This document shows, one piece after another, positions 57,459 to 64,000 of a stretch of DNA of 64,000 nt. The position numbers and the translations under genes are program-made. How positions within the stretch are numbered: position 1 is the stretch's first letter; each line of letters begins with the position of its first letter. The notes below the pieces were generated by a model. The model saw only the letters and a program-made list of their open reading frames with translations. It had not been told where the DNA came from and did not search any database. This DNA is from Phycisphaerales bacterium (lineage in GTDB: Bacteria; Planctomycetota; Phycisphaerae; Phycisphaerales; SM1A02): positions 9,443 through 73,442 of the forward strand of contig JBIKWD010000001.1 of assembly GCA_044356505.1 (NCBI GenBank). Reading direction: 5' to 3'.

Positions 57459-59009
57459 ATGGCACTACGAGTCCTCATGCTCGGCTGGGAGTTCCCCCCG
57501 TTCATCACGGGAGGTCTTGGCACGGCCTGCTACGGACTCACCAAGGCGCTTGACCGCCAGGGCGTGGACGTCACCTTCGTCCTCCCCAAGACGATCCCGG
57601 CGGACGGAGCGTCGCATGTCCGCCTCGTGACGCCCGGAGCGACCGTCGAGCGTTCGACGGGGCGCCTCCCGAAGCCGGTCGGTGCGGCAGGTTCCTCGGT
57701 CGTGCGGGAGCCATCGCGTGTCTCAGAGCCGGATGCAAGGCCGTCGGAAGAGCTGATGTCGGTCTCCGAGAAGGAGTCGTGGAGCAAGATCGTCGCGGAG
57801 TTCCAGTCGACGCGCTTCATCGAGATTCCCGGCGAGTATCCGTCCGTCTACGCGGAGCAGAGCGGCAGCTCCCCCGCCCGCATCGCCGAGGCGGTGCGCA
57901 TGATGCGCGAGGCCGGCTGGAGCATCGATCGAATCCGCACGCTCGCGAAGGCCGGTGCGTTCCCCGAGATCACGCGCGATCCGGTCGAGCACGCGATCGA
58001 GACGGCGCTCCCCGAGACGGCGGGCCGTCCGAAGGAGGCCGCCGGTTCGCGAGGCGCGGACGCAGCGGACTATTCGGGCGATCTCCTCGGGATGGCCGAC
58101 CGATACGCGCGCTTCGTGGTCGACGCGGTGCGCAACCTCGAGTTCGACGTCATCCACGCCCACGACTGGCTCACGTATCCGGCGGGACTCGCCGTGGCGA
58201 AGCTGTCCGGCAAGCCGCTTCTCGTGCACGTCCACTCGACGGAGTTCGACCGCTCGGGCGAGCATCCGCACCAGCAGATCTACAACATCGAGCGCCGCGG
58301 GATGCACGGCGCCACGCGCGCGATCGCGGTCAGCATGCTGACGAAGAACGTCTGCATCAACCGCTACGGCGTGAACGGCTCGAAGATCGACGTCGTCTAC
58401 AACGGCGTCGACCTCGATCCCGCGGCCGCCGGCATCGAGCGGATCGAGTCGAAGGACAAGATCGTCCTCTACTTCGGCCGCATCACGATGCAGAAGGGCC
58501 CCGAGTACTTCATCCAGGCGGCGAAGAAGGTGCTCGAGTACATGGACGACGTCAAGTTCGTCGTGGCCGGCTCGGGCGACCAGGCGAGCCGCATGATCGA
58601 GATGGCGGCGACGATGGGGATCGGCAACAAGGTGCTCTTCACGGGGTTCCTGCGCGGCCGCGACATCGCGCGGGTCTTCTCGATGGCCGACCTCTACGTC
58701 ATGCCGAGCGTGAGCGAGCCCTTCGGCATCGCGCCTCTCGAGGCGATGAGCCACAACGTCCCCGTCCTGATCTCGAAGTCGTCGGGCGTGAGCGAGGTGC
58801 TCATGCACGCCCTCAAGGTCGACTTCTGGGATATCGAGGACATGGCCGACAAGATCATCGCCGTCCTCCGCCACCCGCCTCTTTCGCGCCAGCTCGTCGA
58901 GCACGGCAACTTCGAGATCCGCGGCATCAACTGGGACGGCGCCGCCACGCGCACGATCCGCTGCTACGACCGCGCGATCTCCGCCGCGAAGTCGCGAAGC
59001 GGCTTCTGA
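57459..59009 (+). CDS. Glycogen-synthase-like retaining glycosyltransferase (GT4/GT5-type) with large insertion
   Basis: In-frame part of track ORF 57363..59009, starting at ATG 57459. Motifs LGWEFPPFITGGLGTACYGLTKAL, DVIHAHDW, HSTEFDRSG, PSVSEPFGIAPLEAM. About 150 extra residues lie between the first two motifs. Confidence 0.8.
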   Translation: MALRVLMLGWEFPPFITGGLGTACYGLTKALDRQGVDVTFVLPKTIPADGASHVRLVTPGATVERSTGRLPKPVGAAGSSVVREPSRVSEPDARPSEELMSVSEKESWSKIVAEFQSTRFIEIPGEYPSVYAEQSGSSPARIAEAVRMMREAGWSIDRIRTLAKAGAFPEITRDPVEHAIETALPETAGRPKEAAGSRGADAADYSGDLLGMADRYARFVVDAVRNLEFDVIHAHDWLTYPAGLAVAKLSGKPLLVHVHSTEFDRSGEHPHQQIYNIERRGMHGATRAIAVSMLTKNVCINRYGVNGSKIDVVYNGVDLDPAAAGIERIESKDKIVLYFGRITMQKGPEYFIQAAKKVLEYMDDVKFVVAGSGDQASRMIEMAATMGIGNKVLFTGFLRGRDIARVFSMADLYVMPSVSEPFGIAPLEAMSHNVPVLISKSSGVSEVLMHALKVDFWDIEDMADKIIAVLRHPPLSRQLVEHGNFEIRGINWDGAATRTIRCYDRAISAAKSRSGF

Positions 59010-59107
59010 GCGCCCGGTTCCGGCCATGCAGCGAGGATGCCGGCTGTCGCCCGCGGGTTTCGTGCGTCCGCGTCGCGCCCGTGTCGACCTATACTGCGGG
59101 GCTTCCC

Positions 59108-62100
59108 ATGGCCTTGTTCTTCACGCGAAAGAAGCCCGCCGCCCCGACCGCACCAGCGTCGCCGACCCCGCCGGGCGGCCGGCAGATGGAGCCGCTCGAC
59201 CCGGCCATCGAGGCGCGCACTCTTGCGATCGGCGCCGACTTCCTGCAGCGCGCCCGCGGCGCGAAGACCAACGTGCTCGCCGTCTGGTCCGAAGGACTCA
59301 TGGACTGGGCGATGCGGGACGAGGCCTTCAAGGTCCAGATCTTCCGCTTCGTCGACTGCTTCCCGACGCTGAAGGACAACGACGCCGTCTACGACCATCT
59401 GACCGACTACCTCGCGCAGCCCGGCGTCACCCCGCCGCCGTTCGTGGCGACGGCGCTGAAGGCGGGCGCCCTGATGAAGGGCGTCGTCACCAAGACGATG
59501 TCGACGCAGATCACGTCGATGGCGTCGAAGTTCATCTGCGGCACGGACGCGGCCAGTTCGCTCCCCGCCCTGCGGCGCATCTGGGAGAGCGGCCTCTGCT
59601 TCTCCGTAGACCTCCTCGGCGAGGCGTGCGTGAGCGACGAGGAGGCGGAGGCATACCGCCGCAAGTACCTCGATCTCATCGAGAACCTGCCCGCGACGGT
59701 TTCGACCTGGGGCGCGAATCCCCGCCTCGAGACGGACCACCTCGGGGCGATTCCGCGCACGAACGTCTCGATCAAGATCAGCTCGCTCTCCGCCAGGGTC
59801 GATCCGATCGACACCGAAGGATCGATCCGGGGGCTCCTCGAGAACCTTGGGCCCATCCTCGAGGCCGCGAAGCGCAAGGGCGTGTTCGTCAACTTCGACA
59901 TGGAGCAGTTCGCGCTCAAGGACCTGACGCTCGAACTCTTCATGCGCGCGTGCGAGAAGCACGACTTCCACGCCGGTCTCGCGATGCAGGCCTATCTGCG
60001 TTCCGGCGACGATGATGCGCGCCGCATCATCGAATGGTCGAAGCGCACGGGACGACAGGTCACGGTGCGCCTCGTGAAGGGCGCATACTGGGACTACGAG
60101 ACGATCAACGCCGAGCAACAGGGATGGCCCGTTCCCGTGTGGAGCCGCAAGGTCGACACCGACGCGAGCTTCGAGCGCATGGCGCAGGCCTTCGTCGCGT
60201 CGACGCCCGCGGCGAGGGGCGAGGGCGGAGTCAAGCTCGCGCTCGGAAGCCACAACGCCCGCTCGATCGCCGCGACGCTCGCGGCGCTCGAGAAGCGCGG
60301 ACTGCCCGGATCGGCGCTCGAACTCCAGATGCTCTACGGCATGGGCGACCAGCTGAAGGCCGCCGCCATCGAGATGGACCTGCGTCTCCGCGAGTATGCG
60401 CCGATCGGCGAGCTCATCCCGGGCATGGCGTACCTCGTCCGCCGGCTGCTCGAGAACAGCTCGAACGAATCATGGCTCAAGGCCGGCTTCAAGGACAACG
60501 CGGCGGACGACAAGCTCCTCGCAAGCCCCCACCGGGCGTTCGATTCGGATCCCGGCGTCGAGCGGATCGCGAAGGCGCCGGAGCGGCACCGTCTCAGCGC
60601 GTCGCCCGCCGGCATCGGAAACGGAAGGCCTTTCTACACCGAGCCGATGCGGAACTTCGCGCTCGCGGATGTCCGGGCCGGCTTCTCCGCCGCCGTCGCG
60701 CGCACGGCCGTGCCGCCGGTCGCGAATTCGGGCACGGCCGACGACGCGAAGCGCGCCGTCGCCACCGCGCACGAGGCCTTCGAGTCCTGGCGCGACACTC
60801 CGTTCGCGACCCGCGCGGCGGTGCTCGTCTCCGCCGCCGGCGAGATGCGGGCGAGGCGCGACGAACTGAGCGCGGCCATCGTGAAGGAATCCGGGAAGGT
60901 CTGGCGCGAGGCCGACGCCGACGTCTGCGAGGCGATCGACTTCTGCGAGTACTACGCGCGCGAGGGCGCTCGGCTCTTCGAGGCAGAGCGCCTCGGAAGC
61001 TTCGTCGGCGAGCTCGACGAGCAGTGGTACCAGCCGCGCGGAGTCGCCGCCGTCATCGCGCCGTGGAACTTCCCCCTCGCGATCTGCTGTGGAATGACCG
61101 TGGCGGCGCTCGTGACCGGGAACACGGTCGTGGTGAAGCCCGCGGAACAGACTCCCTCGATCGCCCGCGCGATGTGCGAGATCCTCTGGCGCGCCGGCGC
61201 GCCTCGCGAGGTCCTCCAGTTCGTCGCCGGACCCGGAGAGACCGTCGGCGCGACGCTCGTCCGCGATCCGCGCGTCGCGCTGATCGCGTTCACCGGCTCG
61301 AAGGCGGTCGGCCTCGACATCGTGCAGGCCGCGGGCGTGGTCGCTCCCGGGCAGGAGTTCGTCAAGAAGGTGGTCTGCGAGATGGGCGGCAAGAACGCCA
61401 TGATCATCGACGCCTCCGCCGACCTCGATGAAGCCGTGCTCGCGGTGCGCCAGAGCGCGTTCGGCTTCTGCGGCCAAAAGTGCTCGGCCGCGAGCCGTGC
61501 GATCGTCGTCGGCAGCGCATACGAGCCCTTCCTCCACCGTCTCGTCGGCGCGACGCGCGCGCTCGTCGTCGGCGATCCGTCGAACCCCGGCACGGACATC
61601 GGTCCCGTGATCGACGAGGAGGCGGCCCGCAAGATACGCTCCTACATCGAGATCGGAAAGAGCGAGGGCAAGCACGAACTCACCCTCGACGTACCGGAGG
61701 GGCTTGAGAAGAAGGTCGGCAAGCCGTACGTCGGCCCGTCGATCTTCAGCGGCGTTCGTCCCGAACACCGTCTCGCGCGGGAGGAGATCTTCGGCCCCGT
61801 GCTCGCCGTCATGCATGCGAAGGACTTCGACGAGGCGCTCTCGATCGCGAACACGCCCGAGTACAAGCTCACGGGCGGCGTGTTCAGTCGCAAGCCTGCG
61901 AACCTCGCGCGGGCGCGACGCGAGTTCCGCGTCGGAAACCTGTACCTCAACCGCGGCATCACCGGCGCGCTCGTCGGCAGGCAGCCGTTCGGCGGGTTCG
62001 GCATGTCGGGCATCGGCTCGAAGGCCGGTGGCCGCGACTATCTGCTGCAGTTCGTCGAGCCGCGGGCGGTGTGCGAGAACACGATGCGACGCGGCTTCGC

Positions 62101-62116
62101 GCCCGGGCTCGAGTGA
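59108..62116 (+). CDS. putA: Bifunctional proline dehydrogenase / L-glutamate gamma-semialdehyde dehydrogenase
   Basis: In-frame part of track ORF 57779..62116, starting at ATG 59108. PRODH barrel motifs (VSIKISSL, VRLVKGAYWDYE, YLVRRLLENSSNESW). ALDH motifs (FTGS, EMGGKNA, catalytic FGFCGQKCSA). No N-terminal RHH DNA-binding domain. Confidence 0.9.
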   Translation: MALFFTRKKPAAPTAPASPTPPGGRQMEPLDPAIEARTLAIGADFLQRARGAKTNVLAVWSEGLMDWAMRDEAFKVQIFRFVDCFPTLKDNDAVYDHLTDYLAQPGVTPPPFVATALKAGALMKGVVTKTMSTQITSMASKFICGTDAASSLPALRRIWESGLCFSVDLLGEACVSDEEAEAYRRKYLDLIENLPATVSTWGANPRLETDHLGAIPRTNVSIKISSLSARVDPIDTEGSIRGLLENLGPILEAAKRKGVFVNFDMEQFALKDLTLELFMRACEKHDFHAGLAMQAYLRSGDDDARRIIEWSKRTGRQVTVRLVKGAYWDYETINAEQQGWPVPVWSRKVDTDASFERMAQAFVASTPAARGEGGVKLALGSHNARSIAATLAALEKRGLPGSALELQMLYGMGDQLKAAAIEMDLRLREYAPIGELIPGMAYLVRRLLENSSNESWLKAGFKDNAADDKLLASPHRAFDSDPGVERIAKAPERHRLSASPAGIGNGRPFYTEPMRNFALADVRAGFSAAVARTAVPPVANSGTADDAKRAVATAHEAFESWRDTPFATRAAVLVSAAGEMRARRDELSAAIVKESGKVWREADADVCEAIDFCEYYAREGARLFEAERLGSFVGELDEQWYQPRGVAAVIAPWNFPLAICCGMTVAALVTGNTVVVKPAEQTPSIARAMCEILWRAGAPREVLQFVAGPGETVGATLVRDPRVALIAFTGSKAVGLDIVQAAGVVAPGQEFVKKVVCEMGGKNAMIIDASADLDEAVLAVRQSAFGFCGQKCSAASRAIVVGSAYEPFLHRLVGATRALVVGDPSNPGTDIGPVIDEEAARKIRSYIEIGKSEGKHELTLDVPEGLEKKVGKPYVGPSIFSGVRPEHRLAREEIFGPVLAVMHAKDFDEALSIANTPEYKLTGGVFSRKPANLARARREFRVGNLYLNRGITGALVGRQPFGGFGMSGIGSKAGGRDYLLQFVEPRAVCENTMRRGFAPGLE

Positions 62117-62210
62117 GACGGCCGGGCACGCGCATCGCGATTCGCGAAATCCCTCCTGTAAAAGTGTAGGAAAATCAAGGTTGGATCCCGGCGCCGTGTA
62201 GAACGGGGCG

Positions 62211-63767
62211 ATGCAACGCATCCAGAGTTTCGCATTGAGGGGCATCGACGCCCTGCCCGTCGAGATCGAGAGCGATGAGCGCTTTCCACCCGAGCGGGAG
62301 GGAGAGTCCCCGGACAAACCACAGCCGAGGATGGTGGTCGTCGGTCTTCCCGACACATCGGTCCGCGAGTCCTGCCAGCGGGTGAGGGCCGCCTTGGCGG
62401 CATCGCGGCTTCCCTGCCCCAAGGGCCTGTGCACGATCAACCTCGCCCCGGCGGATCTCCGAAAGGAGGGCCCCGTGTACGACCTTCCGATCGCGCTCTC
62501 GGTGCTTCGGCTCCAGGGGATCATCGGCGAGGACGCCGACGCGCGGCTCTCGCGCTTCGCGGTCGCCGGGGAGCTCGCGCTCGATGGCCTCGTCCGCCCG
62601 ATTCGCGGCGCGACGAGCCTCGCCGCGCTTGCCCGCGAGCGACGGCTCCAGGGCGTCATCGTGCCTGCGGCAAACGCTCCGGAGGCTGCGGCCGTCGACG
62701 GAATCGAGGTCTACGGGGTCCACGAGCTCAAGGAGGCGGTCGGCTTCCTCAACGGGCTCTACGACATTCCGCGCGAGCCGCCGCCGGCGGAGTGCCCGCC
62801 GCCATTCGGCGCTGCACTCGACTTCGCCGACGTCCGTGGCCAGGAGGCGGCCAAGCGCGCGATCGCGCTCGCGGCCGCCGGAGGACACAACGTGCTGCTG
62901 ATCGGGCCGGCAGGTAGCGGCAAGACCATGATGGCGCGGGCGATGCCGGGAATCCTGCCGCCTCTGACCCAGGAGGAATCGCTTGAAGTCACCCGGATCT
63001 ACTCCTCGATCGGAGCCGTTCCGCGCGGAGCCGGACTCATCCGCGAACGTCCATTCCGCGCTCCGCACCACTCTGCGAGTTCGGCGGCGATCGTCGGGGG
63101 CGGAAGCGTCCCGCGGCCCGGCGAAGTCAGCCTCGCCCACCACGGCGTCCTGTTCCTCGACGAACTCCCGGAGTTCCCGCGCGCAGCGCTCGAGTGCCTT
63201 CGGGAGCCGCTCGAGGACGGCTTCGTCACGATCGCTCGCGCCAACGGCACTCTCCGCTTCCCTGCCCGCACGATGCTGGTCGCGGCGATGAATCCCTCGC
63301 ATGCAGGCGGATTCGCACGCAGCGCCACCGAGCGCCGAGCCCAGGATAAGTACATCGGCCGGCTTTCCGGTCCGCTGCTCGACCGCATCGACATGCATGT
63401 CGAGGTTCGAGCGGTACCGTTCGCATCGCTGCAGTCGAGCAGGTCCGGGGCTTCGAGTTCGGACTTGCGGCGGAGGGTGCTCGATGCGCGGGGAAGGATG
63501 GAGGGACGACACGGCCCGGGGAGACCGAATGCGCGGCTCGGCGGGCGGGAACTCGACCGGTCGTGCGTGCTCGAAGGCCCCGCCCAGCGCATGCTGGAGG
63601 GTGCGATGAGGGACCTCGGACTGTCCGCGCGCGCGTACGACCGAATCCGCCGCGTCGCGCGCACGATCGCGGACTTCGACGGCAGCGAGCGCGTCGAGGA
63701 GACGCACATCGCGGAGGCGATCCACTACCGCATCCTTGACCGGATGCGTGTCGGGGAGGTCGCGTGA
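62211..63767 (+). CDS. comM: YifB/ComM family Mg-chelatase-like ATPase
   Basis: Track ORF, 518 aa. N-terminal Lon-protease-like domain, Walker A GPAGSGKT, Walker B VLFLDELPEF, C-terminal ChlI-like region. Confidence 0.9.
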   Translation: MQRIQSFALRGIDALPVEIESDERFPPEREGESPDKPQPRMVVVGLPDTSVRESCQRVRAALAASRLPCPKGLCTINLAPADLRKEGPVYDLPIALSVLRLQGIIGEDADARLSRFAVAGELALDGLVRPIRGATSLAALARERRLQGVIVPAANAPEAAAVDGIEVYGVHELKEAVGFLNGLYDIPREPPPAECPPPFGAALDFADVRGQEAAKRAIALAAAGGHNVLLIGPAGSGKTMMARAMPGILPPLTQEESLEVTRIYSSIGAVPRGAGLIRERPFRAPHHSASSAAIVGGGSVPRPGEVSLAHHGVLFLDELPEFPRAALECLREPLEDGFVTIARANGTLRFPARTMLVAAMNPSHAGGFARSATERRAQDKYIGRLSGPLLDRIDMHVEVRAVPFASLQSSRSGASSSDLRRRVLDARGRMEGRHGPGRPNARLGGRELDRSCVLEGPAQRMLEGAMRDLGLSARAYDRIRRVARTIADFDGSERVEETHIAEAIHYRILDRMRVGEVA

Positions 63768-64000
63768 CGTCACGCCTCCACGGACGCGACGGATCGGCGG
63801 GCGAGACGTGCTCCCTCCATCTGGTCAGGCTCAGGGCGATCGGTCTGGAGGTCACCGGGCTTGCCCTCGTCGCAGCATCGGTTGTTCTGCGAATCGCGGC
63901 GCTCGGCATCGCCTCAGCGACCGCCCGCACCGTCGATGCGCTACTTCGAAGGCCGGCGCTGGCGCTTGAAGCCGTTGGGAAGTCCATCCGCGTACTCCCA

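Noticed and set aside
57779-59107. N-terminal extensions of real genes in the track: PutA ORF from 57779; cca ORF extending to 15292; EF-G from 42562; ribD from 45955; fbaB from 38221; RNase HII from 40733.
   Set aside because: The extensions overlap neighbouring well-supported genes in other frames and are Arg/Pro-rich. The conserved N-terminal motifs begin at the internal starts used in the feature list.
63764-64000. Window-edge open frames: a plus-strand frame starting at a GTG that overlaps the comM stop, and a minus-strand frame ending with TAG at 63941-63943 (...WEYADGLPNGFKRQRRPSK).
   Set aside because: Both are too short and too weakly biased in third positions to call. Neither can be completed within the window.

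Overview
This is a very GC-rich bacterial chromosomal segment; third codon positions are almost uniformly G/C. It is densely coding on both strands, with about 50 protein genes, many joined by 4-nt ATGA/GTGA overlaps.

The content is overwhelmingly core and housekeeping:
- DNA repair, replication and translation: uvrB, uvrA, fusA, mnmA, an RNase HII-family gene, prmC, comM/yifB.
- Metabolism: ribD, purN, putA, gpsA, gcvH, class I FBP aldolase, and a TIM-barrel/cmk/plsC/cca operon.
- Regulation: hpf-ptsN-HPr, a membrane PP2C phosphatase, a GAF-REC regulator.
- Transport: a P1B-like ATPase and three ABC systems. One is MacB/FtsX-type, one is GldA/GldF-GldG/DUF4340-type, and one sits inside an operon with three SPFH/band-7 paralogues.

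The PEP-CTERM-like tail and the GldFG-type transporter are reminiscent of Planctomycetota/Verrucomicrobiota-like lineages, but taxonomy cannot be assigned from this sequence alone.

I saw no rRNA, tRNA, transposase/integrase, prophage, CRISPR array or recognisable defence system. I judge this an ordinary core region, not an accessory island, and I did not find a convincing novel multi-gene system.

The items most worth a second look are:
- A roughly 325-nt structured, terminator-capped non-coding element between fbaB and mnmA.
- Several perfect intergenic tandem-repeat arrays (23 bp, 17 bp, 13 bp), two of which bracket prmC.
- 17-nt ladders of start/stop-overlapping mini-ORFs.
- The SPFH-triad/ABC-2 operon, with two secreted NfeD-like paralogues about 2 kb away.

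All family calls rest on motifs read by eye from the translated ORFs; no database search was run.
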